From Pecten maximus (Eukaryota): DNA of 64,000 nucleotides. Positions within the stretch are counted from its first letter, which is position 1. Each line of letters begins with the position of its first letter. A program made the position numbers and the translations under genes. This document shows, piece by piece, positions 12,410 through 25,450 of the stretch. The DNA lies in assembly GCF_902652985.1 (NCBI RefSeq), contig NC_047032.1:30442001-30506000 (forward strand). The letters run 5' to 3'. Below the pieces are notes generated by a model, which made no database searches, was not told where the DNA came from, and saw only the letters and a program-made list of their open reading frames with translations.

Positions 12410-13859
12410 CTGAGGATTTATGAACCGTGAAGATAGTAATGAGATCTAATTTCAGTAATTACCTAATTCGCAGTTTCTTGTGAGAGAATTATTTCTAAAA
12501 TATGTTAAAAGCCAAGTCGATACAACTGATGGCAGAGTGGTGTCATGCCATTCTCATTTTATTGAGATAAGAAAAGATTTATGGAGTTACTAATTTGGTG
12601 CGCGTTAATCCATTAATTATTTTTACCTGGCATAACCAATCAAGTTCTTCGTTAAATATATTCAATTAGTGTAGATCAGGAAATGTTCGAACAATAACAA
12701 AGCTATTGATATCATATGATAGTAATATTAATCTTGAGCAATGTTGTCCGAATTATACTGTTTACAATAACACAGATGTTGTAGAGGAAGGGAACTTCTG
12801 AACTGATTCTGATTTCAGCTTTAAACAGTGTCACTCTAGCTGAAAAATACAGAATACTGAAGGAAGAAAAAAAGAAGCATTAATACTTCGGTGAGGTTTT
12901 GGGGATGGGGGTGGAGGTGGGTCTAACCCCAAGGCTCCCTAATACTAGCAACTTCTGTTGTTCAGTTGTATATGTACTCCTGAGGGAGGTGGCATAACAT
13001 ATTTATAAAAGTTTTGTTATCAATAGAAGATGTTGTGTATAAAGAATTTCTGACGGTCTATGACTACGTGGGTACCGCTTATTCGTAATTATTTTTCGTA
13101 CTAGTGACATGATTCACATTCCTTGTACTCGCACAATTATATTATTATGATTGAGGTGTGTTGTTTTTACTTCTACACGCCGTCTTTTTCTGTACTCTGC
13201 CCATAGATCATACTTAATGAGGATTTCAAACGAGACGTTTCCCTTAATAATTATCTTCCTCGCAGCGTAATGAGTTTATTGACATAGCGGATGAAGTGAC
13301 GGCATGGAAAATTGTGTCAATCCTTTAAAAACTATGATGTAACAGATTGGTGTTAATGGTGGAGAAGTAGAGAGAGATATACACACACAATGAATGTTCT
13401 GTTAATACAGACAACGAATTTAACAAATTACGGAGTAAACCATTTTTGATTAATCTCAATAATATAATCTAGACGTTTTATTTGATCTTTGTACATACGT
13501 ATTTATAATGTATTACAAAAGTATGTAACATTCAGTTTCGTGATATATCATTTATGTTGTAGTTTGTGGATGTTAATGTAACAAAAACAGTAAAAGAGGA
13601 ATCAATTATTACCATTGTTCTATTAACTGTCAGACCTTTGATTGTTTTTCAGGTAATTAAATGGTGATGAGTCACTCAATCGTAATGATTACGCAATTAT
13701 GTGTTTATCTTCCATACATCTTTAAACATGCTGCTCCATTTGCTACAGACTCACAAACTTCAGGAACACAATCGCATTATCAGGATTCTCATAACAGTTT
13801 TTAGGAGAATCAGCAAACATTTGTCGTCTTAATGATGTATTCGTATTGTATATATATAT

Positions 13860-14240
13860 ATATACAGATGATGTATTAACTTAAAATATATTCCTGGATG
13901 ATGTATATTAAAGTATATTGATGGATTATTTATTGACTTAAAGTATATAAATGGCTTATCTATTAACTTTAAGTAGTTTGATGGATGATTTATTATTGAT
14001 GGATTATTTACTGGCTTAAAGTATATTGATTGATGATTTATTGATTTAACGTACAACGTATATAAATGGATGATTGTTTAATTTAAAGGATATTGAGGGA
14101 TGATCTGTTGATCTAAAGTATATCGATGGATGATTTATTCACTTAAAGTACATTAATGGATGATTTATTCACTTAAAGTATAATTATGGTAATTTATAAA
14201 CTTAGAAAATATTGATGGATGATTTATAAATTTTAAGTAT
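13860..14240. repeat. Degenerate tandem repeat, about 30 bp
   Basis: Recurrent TATTGATGGATGATTTATT.ACTTAAAGTA. Confidence 0.8.
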
Positions 14241-14300
14241 ATTGATGGATGATTTAGTTACTTATGCGCAAGAAGAGGTCAATATAGAAAACAGCACATA

Positions 14301-14899
14301 TGTAGTTATCAGACAGGATAACATAGTAAAGATACAATGATACATACAAAATACAGAAAACTAAATTCATTGTAGTTATCTGACAGGGTAACAGAGTAAA
14401 GATACAATGATGTTTACACAAAACAGAAAACTTAATACATTGTAGTTATCTGACAGGGTAACAGAGTATAGATACAATGATGTTTACACAAAACAGAAAA
14501 CTTAATACATTGTAGTTATCAGACAGGGTAACAGAGTAAAAATACAATGATGTTTACAAAATACAGAAAACTTAATACATTGTAGTTATCAGACAAGGTA
14601 AAAGAGTAAAGAAACAATGATGTATACAAAATACAGAAAACTTAATACATTGTAGTTATCAGACAGGGTAACAGAGTAAAAATACAATGATGTTTACAAA
14701 ATACAGAAAACTTAATACATTGTAGTTATCAGACAGGGTAACAGAGTAAAGATACAATGTTGTTTACAAAATACAGAAAACTTAATACATTGTAGTTATC
14801 TGACAGGGTAACAGAGTAAAGATACAATGTTGTTTACAAAATAAAGAAAACTTAATACATTGTAGTTATCAGACAGGGTAACAGAGTAAAAATACAATC
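14301..14899. repeat. 70-bp satellite, about 8.5 copies
   Basis: Unit TGTAGTTATCAGACAGGGTAACAGAGTAAAGATACAATGATGTTTACAAAATACAGAAAACTTAATACAT. Confidence 0.95.
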
Positions 14900-17664
14900 A
14901 TACTCTATGACATCTGAATGCAATATAAGTACGGGTTGATTTTAATTTTAAACAAACATGGTGATATAGTGGTATTACAATCGAACAAATACTAAATACA
15001 TGTATATTATGATCTATGGTTTCCATTAAAGAAGGTATTATTCAAATTGTAGTATGAATATTATAATCAATACAACATGGGGTGTAGATACATTTGTATA
15101 ATCAGTGTGAAATATATAACTGTACGACTTCTGAAAGAACAAGGTATTATTACAATTTTCAAGCATCTCTTCCATTTTTGCTAACCTTGTGTTTTGTAGA
15201 AGTAATACGCGGTATATGTTGTCTGTTATTGGCTACAAATACGTTATAACATTGACATAAATAACAGTATATGTGTACTCCTATATATATATGCATGTTG
15301 TTTGAACACCAGTATTATTTTCTTTTATATGTGTCTTAAAATACAGAAAACATGAACTAATTATATATTTGCATGGACGCGCTTCCTAAGTCATGTTATA
15401 ACAAGACCTTGCGTTCCAGAAGGATGAGAGCCTCATCCTTAACATCGGACTGCCCTATCGACATGTGTAGTTTACATACGATATAAAGTATCTGTTCTGT
15501 TGGTTAAAATTGTGTGGTATTTGTCAATTTTCATGTAACAATCTGCAAACGACATATACATGATACAAACAGGAAAAGGAGACACTTATATAATGCTGAC
15601 ACCTATATATATAAAGATTGACGTTACATAACAGTATAGACATGATGAAAACAGCATCGTATCATTATATCTGTTATGTTTATTAGTTATCATATGTATC
15701 TGATCAGCAACACACTATTTATATAAATACTTTTGTTTTAATTTGACTTTGAAATCAAATTAATATCAACAAGTATATACAAAATACACTAAACAGATTT
15801 ATGAAGATTAATCTACATGCATACTGCCTGATGTATATATTTTCCCCTTTTAATGCGATTAATATGAAGTCATTGTAACTAATCATCCATTAATAACATT
15901 GAAGGTAGAGAAATGTTCATCCGATGTGAACTTCCATACAAAACATTTAATCATATCACTAAGCCATAGACTGTTATATAGGTCACAAAATCTGGAACAG
16001 AATAAAGGTTAATTCACAATGGATTTAACGCAATGGCACTTCACCTATATAAATTAACGCCGTTCATCTAATAACTTGTGAACATACCGCTGTAATTTGG
16101 GATCGACCGCTTTGATTAAGTTACAAGGCTCAGAGGGGAGAGGATAGAGCAACGGAAGCAAATGTTATCACGCACATTGGTCAGAATGTTCCGACAGTTA
16201 TCAATCACATGTGTACAATACCTCAAAGGTCAACAAAATGTCACAAAAATATAATTCAGATATTGAAACAATCTTCAAATATCCGGAGGAATACAAAGAG
16301 CTATGGCGAATATTTACCTTTTTTGACCTAACAGTGGCCGCTTTCAAAATTCTCGAGTTCACATCGCTTTTTGACCAAGAATACAACTTAAATCCTAAAA
16401 GGATTGAATAAAGTTATGTTGAGGTACATGGGGGTATCAATCTCATTAGGTCTTCAGTTGATAATAAATTTCTCTCAAGACCTATGGAGGTTTATACCTC
16501 CATACACCTCAACATAACTTTATTAAATCCTTTATATTTATATTTTTTGATATTTTTGTATAATATTATATCCTTGACAAATAGGGACTTGTTCAAGTCT
16601 ACCACGGAACTTACCGAAATGTACGCCATCACTCTTCGTCTACATATGGTTATTACGTTCAGGATTTCTTTCGTGATCAAACTTAATAACGAATTAAAAC
16701 AAACATTATTTTTAATGGAATTTATTTCATATAAATATGATCACTTTTTAAAAGGAATTAAAAAATAAAGTCCCCTACTTTCAGAATGACAAATGTATTC
16801 CTACGCCGGACTTGATATAGTTCATTGAAAATGACTTGAGTTAACTGTGATAGGTTCCTTGAGTCTGAATTAAGTGGAAATATAAATATAAAACATTGTC
16901 CACCGATCCGCTGTTTTCAAAAAAAGAGAAAAGAGTAGTTAACGAACTATTTAAATTATAGTACATGTATTAGCTAGACTAAGTTTAAATCCTTATATAG
17001 ATATAGAATCCAAGTTTATCTTTTTATATTACATGTATGTTGTTTCGCAATACAATTTACTTTTTCTTTATCGTTTTGGAAAGAAATTTTCAAGACTGAA
17101 AGGATATCAAATATGAAGTGTTTTTGTATAAAGATGAAGAGATAAAAAAAAGTTCACTCGACAAAAGGCACACATGGTTGGGTAGTGTACGTTTCCTATC
17201 TAATATGGCGATTTTATATCATTTGTGTCCATAACACATAACGCACCAATGGACCATGGCGATCTATTTTGGTACTGTGAGAATCATAATAGGTCACGTG
17301 ATATTTCAAATTGCTTAAGTTGCAATTATTAATAAAATCATTTATCACACTGTTTTTATCTGAAGTCAATGCTCACAACATCTGTACCGCGAGAATAGGA
17401 AACCGGGAGCTACTAGTCATTGTCACACACACCATGCCAATGACTACAAATGTCCGATACACATCGGTTATACAATGCAAAATAAACGATAGCAGCATAC
17501 AGTTTACATCATATGAACAATCGGGAAAAGCGTTTTATTTCCCATATAAACACTAAACATTATAATGGTGATGAAGCTGGCATCCATATAAAAAGATTTG
17601 ACCAGAGACTGGTGTCTCTGGGTGACAGCAAGAACGCTGTTCTTTACTGTTCTAGAACTCTTGA

Positions 17665-18028
17665 ACAATGTTCTTACATCCCTAGAACAAAGTACAGAAC
17701 ATAGAATCTAAAACCAGATCCACAACAATGTTCTTACATCCCTAGAACAAAGTACAGAACATAGAATCTCAAACCAGATCCACAACAATGTTCTCACATC
17801 CCTAGAACAAAGTACAGAACATAGAATCTCAAACCAGATCCACAACAATGTTCTAACCATCCCTAGAACAAAGTACAGAACATAGAATCTCAAACCAGAT
17901 CCACAACAATGTTCTAAACATCCCTAGAACAAAGTACAGAACATAGAATCTCAAACCAGATCCACAACAATGTTCTTACATCCCTAGAACAAAGTACAGA
18001 ACATAGAATCTCAATCCAGATCCACAAC
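17665..18028. repeat. 60/61-bp tandem repeat, 6 copies
   Basis: Unit AACAATGTTCTTACATCCCTAGAACAAAGTACAGAACATAGAATCTCAAACCAGATCCAC. Confidence 0.95.
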
Positions 18029-18061
18029 ACGAGCTGTAACAAAGACGTCGACGCTTCGTCA

Positions 18062-18555
18062 AAGTTGACTTTTACACAACTGAATGTCAAATTCTCAAAG
18101 TCAGGATTATGATCATGTCAAGCATATTATTTACGTTTTAGTGTTTAACGGTGTCATGATATTACTTCTTTTTCATGAATCCGTCATTAAATCCACACAA
18201 TGACGATCCTTTAATTTCCCCTGCTTTTCCTGTAACAAATCGGATTGAAAATGACGGCCTGGTAACTACAAAAATGGAATATATGTCAAAAACAAACGAA
18301 AAGCTATTTCCTTTGCATTTTATATTTGTTCCGCTTGGTACATGCATTCCGTATTTTTACAACCAATGCCGCCATGTTCGAAATAGGTTACGTGAAGCGG
18401 TGGAATAGTGTAGCAAAGTGTTTTGTGCCAAAGTATTATTAATTTGGTGTTAATAATTGATTAGACTACATGTATTTAAATGGGATATATAATACCATAA
18501 CCGGAAGTACACACCGTTGTCACCAAGTTTAGACTTATGAATAACGATATTATCG
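18062..18555 (-). mobile_element. Dispersed non-coding repeat (probable MITE), inverted homolog of 28541-28988
   Basis: ACACCGTTGTCACCAAGTTTAGACTTATGAATAACGATATTATC is the reverse complement of the sequence near 28560-28603; similarity extends over about 450 bp. Confidence 0.75.
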
Positions 18556-18663
18556 CAAATATATACAATAACGAATGGCGTATCAATAAGGATAAAATGT
18601 CTGTTTGGAATTTTACACTATCCTGCTATGTTTTGTGGACGCCATGTTTGTGTCCCTATCACT

Positions 18664-18880
18664 GGGCCGTGGTGGTCAAGTTGTTAAGGTGGCCTGACAC
18701 TTCATCACAAGCCCTCCACCTCTGGGCTGCGAGCTTGAAATCCACATGGGGCAAGTGCCTAGTACTGACCGTAGTCCGGTGTTTTTGCTTCCGGTAGTCG
18801 GTTTCCCTCCACCTCCAAAACCTGTCACGTCCTTAAATGACCCTGGCTGTTAATAGGACTCTAAACAAAATAAACCAAAA
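18664..18880 (+). mobile_element. tRNA-derived V-type SINE (family A), diverged copy
   Basis: Colinear with 43492-43721, including CCTTAAATGACCCTGGCTGTTAATAGGAC and the A/C-rich tail. Confidence 0.9.
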
Positions 18881-19802
18881 CTAATCCTGTCATGTCCCTA
18901 GTGGAAGTTTACAGGAACGTGTTCTATATTATTCCAGAATAAACAATAATGTGTCATTCTAAGACACACATATAACATTTAGTTCTCTGGTCCATCCAAC
19001 CACTTTTTAATAAGGAACCAATCTTCAGGTCACCAGAAGTCTCTCTCCTACTGGTAAAAACATGTCAAGGCGTCAGTAAAGGGAAATGTTCAAATGTACT
19101 TCAACATGTAGATTGTAGATTATTATTTCGTTCAATCAACATTAACTCAAAATGAGAAGAGAATATTGATATTAGTTTTTTTTAGGTATTTCTAACAAGT
19201 TGAAATATATTGAGACTCTTAACATTTTCGCTGTCGTAAACCAGGAACGTTTGTCCTATAATAACTTATACATGTATGACAGTTCAGATAATTTGAATAA
19301 TTCTGTGTCGTAGACCATAAGATATAACAAATGCATGAACCATACATTTCAGTAGGTGATGCTATTCGACAGTATTTTTTTTTTCTGAAAAGAATTATTT
19401 ACCATCTGCACGTCTGGTGACTTGTCAAAGCAATAATTTATCAAGTGGAAAGTGAGAAAGCCATAGAACAGAAGGCCCTCCTTTTGGTATAAACGCGATC
19501 TCTCTCTGCTTTTTCTTCGTGAGAGCTATTGTTTGTCAAGAGTGCCCATAAAGGGTGGTGTAGCCAGGATGGCAACACGTCATACAATACTAGATGTATT
19601 ATAATGTTGTAAGAGTATCCGCACACGGTGGTGTAAGTAGTTTGCAATGTATTCTCTGCTTGTATGATTGAAGAAACAATTTCCTATTGAAGTATGCATT
19701 GTATTCTATGAGTTCATGATTGAAGAATCCATTTTCTATTTAAGTATATATTGTATTCTGTGAGTCTAAACTTGAAGAGTCTATTTCCTATTGAAGAAAA
19801 CA

Positions 19803-21440
19803 GGGTACCTGTGAAGTGCGAAACGAAAGCAAAACGAAACGAAACGAAACCAAAAAGGAAACATTGAAAAAAAAAATGGAAAAAATAAAGAAGATATTAC
19901 ACTGTTCACAGGCCTAAGTTTCCCATTCTCATCTTGGTAAAATCAACAAACATGAAGAATGAATTTATTGCAATATTCACTCAGTTCTTTAATACAAAAT
20001 AACTCTATTTAGAAGTATATACTTAGTCTACGATTTATCGCGTAGTGTATTGGGTGTACAAACAGTTTGAATACTAAACATTTGATTTTACCAAACATAA
20101 TTACAAATTTATGGGTACAGTCAAACCTGTATTAAGCGGCCACCCAAGGGACCGATATAAATTGGCTGCTTAAGACAGGTGGCTGTTTAAACCAGGTTGG
20201 CCAGAAACGGCCTGTTGCCCAATTCTTTTTATAACAGTTCATTGAATTTATGATATTATAATGCACTTATTGATATTGATAACAATATACCGTACACAGT
20301 GTATTTTGAAATGAAAACCAACAAAGATCAAAGTTTTGAAGAATTTGATAAAAATACCTGGCCATATGATCATCGCGGATGTCTACTTCCGGACAAAATG
20401 GCCGCTTAATACAGGACGATACAACGATTCTAGGCAGATTTTTGTAGTCGTTGGCTGCGTTAGACAGGTGGCCGCTTATTTAAGGTTCATTATATAGTGT
20501 TTTCCATCTGGCGGATCACAGACTGGCCGCTTAACGGAGGTGGCCGCTTATTCAAGGTGGCTGTTAGAGCAGGTTTGACTGTATAATATTTGTACCAATA
20601 ACAGTATAATGATAAACTATATAAAGTATTTTCCACCCACCTGCTAATCAATAATCACTGATAACCAACTAGACTCACTTTCAAAATGAAGGGACGTTGT
20701 CTAACAACAGCACGTGTTTGGTTTTCACTCGTTAGTTAACGTACGTTATTTAATGCTTGTCTGACCTAGGGTTTAAACAAAAAGAACAAGTTAAAAGCTA
20801 AAAATATTCGAGCAAAGCTGAGATGAAATAATATGTATTCCTTTTTTTCGACCATAGGAAATCCACTTAACAAATCCAGTACTTAAATATTGTCTAAACA
20901 TATCCAGAATGTTTTCATAGTCCATCAACGTTACAGAAATGGAGTCGTTCTCTAATGCTTCCTTTCTGTCCACACTCCAGACCAGCAATATGGTAACAGC
21001 GCGTTAAGCCAGAGTTTTTTTTATACAAATCGCGCCTTTCAAGTTCAGCAATTTTCCCTAAACTCTTACTTTTCACAGTCACACCTGGCTTTCCTACCAT
21101 TAAAGGAGTTGCTTACAACCACCTATGTCACGTGATTTTAGATCGAGCGTGCACCAATACACTACACGATGTGCATGACTATAAAGCGTGGACTAAGCAT
21201 ATTATCTGAATAGAGTTATTTTATATTTAAAGAACTGGGTGAATATTGCGATTAATTTATTATTTCCTGTGTGTTGTTTTTACACCTGTGAAAATGGGAC
21301 ACTTAGGCCTATGCACAGTTATTCCCTTATTCGTACCGTTTGATTTCGTTTCGTTTGATTTCGTTTCGGTTGAATTTTTTTCGTTTCGTTGTTTTTCGTT
21401 TCGTTTCGAATTGCTTTCGTTTCTCACTTTACAGGTACAC
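19803..21440. mobile_element. Non-autonomous Mutator-like (MULE/foldback) element
   Basis: Imperfect TIRs of about 260-290 bp (GGGTACCTGT.AAGTG.GAAACGAAAGCAA..., with (CGAAA)n subterminal repeats). 9-bp flanks AAGAAAACA (19794-19802) and AAGCAAACA (21441-21449), 8/9 identical. Confidence 0.8.
20118..20581. mobile_element. pogo/Tigger-like MITE nested in the MULE
   Basis: TA|CAGTCAAACCTG...CAGGTTTGACTG|TA with multiple GGTGGCCGCTTA subterminal motifs. Confidence 0.9.
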
Positions 21441-22109
21441 AAGCAAACATTGTACTCAGAGTTCGAAAGTGAAATTCGTGATCGAAGCACCATATCATTA
21501 AATAAACGATGGTTTCGCTATTCGTATTCATATTGAGACAGTGTAGCTATCTCAAAGGAATTGGTCCAATATTAAAACAGACATATATTGTATATTAAAA
21601 AGCGAAATTTCTTTAAAAAAAACCATGATTAACGTTCGACTCTCAAGAAAATGCCTCTTTCAATATTCTCGCACAACTGATATTTACCAATACGGTCGAC
21701 TTAGGTTTTTTTTTAATCATATGGCTGATCTGCAGTGCCTTTATCATATTGCAATGTGGTTTGGTGCAACTTTCCTTGTCTAATTACGTCTTATGAACGT
21801 TGAAAAGAATGTGTCATGTGACCCTATACAGAAAAGCCAGACGTCTGGGGATAAAATGTTATCTGGATTAAAGAAAAAAATATGACGGACACAATTATAA
21901 CAAGCACAATATAATTGCATTACAACATAGACCAAATGGATTAGTGTCTGGTGCACGGATATGGCTTTTTTTTTACATACAGACCCTGTCATTTAGATAT
22001 ATTAAATGTCTATATGCGCTTCATATTCGTACTTTTTGCAGTCAAGCAGTTTCTGTAAGCCACATAAATGACGAAAAATAACTCTATCGGGAGAGGGTCT
22101 TGATGCAGA

Positions 22110-22430
22110 ATTTGGTTTATCGGTAAACAAAAATGATGGACTTTGTCGACAGGAATTTTGTTAAATTTGTAAATGAAACAGAGGAATTTTGTCGACAAGA
22201 GTTTGTTATTTTGGTAAACGAAATAGATGATCATTTTTGACAGAATTTTGTTTTATTGGTAAACGAAACAGTAGGCCTTTGTCGACAAGAGTTTTTTTAT
22301 TGGTAAACGAAACAGATGACCTTTGTTGTCAGAATTTTGTTGTATTGGTAAAAGAAACAGATGACCTTTGTTGGCAGAATTTTGTTGTATTGGTAAACAA
22401 AATCGATGGACTTTGGCGACTAGAGTTTGT
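22110..22430. repeat. Degenerate tandem repeat, about 42 bp
   Basis: Recurrent TTGGTAAACGAAACAGATGACCTTTGT...AGA.TTTTGTT. Confidence 0.8.
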
Positions 22431-22884
22431 TATATTTTATATATATTATATTTGCTATACCTTCAAGTTGGCTGTTTTTGTACATATTTTCGAGGTTTAA
22501 ACAGTGTTCATTGCTACTGTTGTTTGTAAGCATGATTATGCTCTAGTTAGTTTATTTCCGTCGAAAAGAAAACACGTTACTTTACTTCGGGCTAAAAGAA
22601 ATCATTTGTTTTTTCCGGAGACAAGACGGAAAGGCCAGTGTGGTTTTCCGATTTGGTTACAATCGGTAATATATAGATTTGATCAAGATCGCTATGTTAC
22701 ATTTTTTGTTTATTGATATTAACCATCTTAAATATCTTAATATAAATCAGCGGGTACTGACCCGGTGTCTAAATTCCCTATTGAACAATTACGCTCTCTG
22801 TATACGTCATCGAACATTCGATGCATTAAATATGAAATATGAATATGAAATGCATTATTTGTGGTAATATCATTATCTATTTTG

Positions 22885-23055
22885 ATATTCCCCAGTCGGA
22901 CATTAAAAACTCATCGCAAACCTGACCGACCACGTGGGTTTACTTCTGGCAATCCGGTTTCCTCCCGTAGTAAGACTCCTTGAGTGCTTCCATCCCGGGC
23001 CAACAGGCGTGCTTAATATAAGCTAGTATAACTTTTTCGGAATTATTGTAAAATA
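22885..23055 (+). mobile_element. Second V-type SINE family (family B), partial
   Basis: CCCAGTCGGAC...CCACGTGGGTTT...TCCGGTTTCCTCC...TAAGAC...GCTTCCATCCCGGGCCAAC. Related minus-strand fragments at about 28300-28440 (with A/B-box-like head) and 61245-61360. Confidence 0.6.
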
Positions 23056-23144
23056 TATAGATCATATCCTGCGCAGACATTTATCGTGAAACATGTTCTT
23101 CAGGTTGGTCAGTATAAATGCAGAGATACTTAGGTATACATGTA

Positions 23145-24262
23145 CTAGGGCTGATTGATATGTTATGAGTATCATATTGAAGGATTTATTTGCCGGACAT
23201 ATTGTATTATTTTTCAACGTAATCCCCTTCAGTATCTATACACTTTTGCCACCGGCGTTTAAGGGCCTCAATGCCACTTATATAGAACTATTTTTCTTGG
23301 CAGTTCAGAAAGTCATCCACTGCATTTGTGACGTCATGAAAGTGGGTGCCTTAAATAGCTGTTTTGATGGAGCGAGATCAGGTGAATAAGGCTCAAACAA
23401 TTTAAAGCCACAATTGTGAATGGTAGCTATGACAAGACAGACTTGTGAACAGGAGCATTGTCCTGATAGAAAATCACACCTTTAGTGAACTTTACGTGGC
23501 GCTTAGTTGTAGCCTCAGAAGTGAAGCATAGTACGTGTCATTGATTGTTTGTCCATTTTGGAGATGATCTATCGGCAGAATACCATCTGCATCCCAGAAA
23601 ACCGAGGCCATAACCTTCCCAGCTGATGGAACAGTCTTTGCCTTCTTTGGCGAGGAAGAGCCAGGATGCTTCCATTGTTTCGATTGTTGTTTCCCTTCTG
23701 GGGTAAAATGATGGATACATGTTTCATCCATATTGACAAATCTCTGAAGAAAGTTGGCAGGATCTTCCTCAAAAAGGTTAAGATAAGCACGCGATAATGT
23801 GCGCCTGGTGGGCTTCTGATCAACTGTCAGAAGTCTTGGTATCCATAAGGCTGAACACTTTCTCATTGCAAGATCCGCGGTCAGAATGGACCAGTGAAAT
23901 ACCAACTCTTCTGGCTTTATATCTTTCTGTTACCCGTCTGTCAAGTCATAACAATGTCATGAACTTTATTGACCATTTCTAAAGTTTCAACGTTGACAGG
24001 CCTTCCATGACGAAGGTCATAGTCAAGGCTCTGTCGGTCGCGCTTAGATTTCGCCACTGCTCTTTCATCGATTTGTCCATTTTGCAAAAGCCGCTTGTCT
24101 TTTTTACTTTGGAGTGTTACCTTTTCGATATAAACAAACCAAATGAGACCAATACTTGGGTACGCGGCCCTATACGGTCAGAGAATAGTTGGACTTAAAA
24201 AAACATCCTTGAGTACCTCCTTTAATGCAAGGCTAACAACATATCAATCAGTCTAGGACTCG
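23145..24262 (-). mobile_element. Defective mariner (DD34D, irritans-like) transposon, copy A
   Basis: ORF 23492-23905 has WIPRLLT, MDETCIHHFTPE and KQQSKQWKHPGSSSPKKAKTVPSAGKVMASVFWD; YSPDLAPS coded near 23370. TIR C(T/G)AGGGCTGATTGATATGTT with TA flanks; internal deletions. Confidence 0.93.
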
Positions 24263-24286
24263 TATATCACCACCAGTCAGTGTAAG

Positions 24287-24336
24287 ATTTGAGCGAGACG
24301 CTTCGGTGACTACACTGTCGCCTTCATCAGTCAAAT
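24287..24336 (-). ncRNA. Degenerate minimal type-I hammerhead ribozyme motif (Penelope-type terminal remnant)
   Basis: Minus strand ATTTGA-CTGATGA-AGGCGACAGTGTAGTCACC-GAAG-CGTCTCGC-TCAAAT: stem I, CUGAUGA core, stem II, GAAA>GAAG. Confidence 0.5.
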
Positions 24337-24469
24337 GAACAGTGATCAGCAATGTACAATTTGGTGTTATGTGTACGAGATTGTAATCAAATCAACAAGT
24401 CTTCTCGTTTACACTATAATCTATCTACACTATGGAGATAAACATTATACAATTGTAATTTCATTCGGC

Positions 24470-25450
24470 TGGTCAGGGAACTGTGGATTCGGCTAGTCTT
24501 GTGAAATGTGGATTCGGTTAGTCTGGGGAACTGTGGATTCGGCTAGTCTTGGGAAATGTAGATTCGGTTAGTCTGGGGAAATGTGGATTCGGTTAGTCTG
24601 GGGAAATGTGGATTCGGTTAGTCTGGGGAAATGTGGATTCGGTTAGTCTGGGGAAATGTGGATTCGGCTAGTCTTAGGAAATGTGGATTCGGTTAGTCTG
24701 AGGAAATGTGGATTCGGTTAGTCTGGGGAAATGTGGATTCGGCTAGTCTTGGGAAATGTGGATTCGGTTAGTCAGGGGAAATGTGGATTCGGCTAGTCTT
24801 GGGAAATGTGGATTCGGTTAGTAAGGGGAAATGTGGATTCGGTTAGTCTGGGGAAATGTGGATTCGGCTAGTCTTGGGAAATGTTGATTCGGCTAGTCTG
24901 AGGAGATGTTGATTCGGCTAGTCAGCGAAAAGGGGATCCGGCTACTCAGGGAAATGTTGATTCGGCTACTCTGAGGAAATGTGGATTCGGCTAGCCAGGG
25001 AAATATGGATAAGGCTAGTCAGGGAAATGTAGATTCAGCTAGTCTAGGGAGATGGAGATTCGGCTGATTTAAGGAGATGTGGATTTGACTTGTCAGGGAA
25101 ATGTGGATTCGGCTAGTCTGAAGAGATGTGGATCCAACTAGGCAGGGAAATGGAGATTCGGCTGATCTAAGGAGATGTGGATTTGACTTGTCAGGGAAAT
25201 GTGGATTAGGCTAGTCTGGAGAGATTCGGATTCGGCTAGTCAGGGAAATGAGGATCCGATCAGTTTTTGGAAATGTCGATTCGACTTGTCAGGGAAATGT
25301 CGATTCGGCTAGTCAGAGTAAAGTGGATTAGGCTAGTCTGGAGAAATGTCGATTCGGCTAGTCTGAGGAGATGTGGATTCGGCTAGTCAGTGAAATGTGG
25401 ATCCGGTTAGTTTGGGAAAATGTAGATTCGGCTAGAGAGGGAGATGTTGA
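24470..25450. repeat. 24/25-bp G-rich minisatellite, about 40 copies
   Basis: Unit GTGGATTCGG(T/C)TAGTCTGGGGAAAT; homogeneous on the left, degenerate on the right. Confidence 0.95.
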
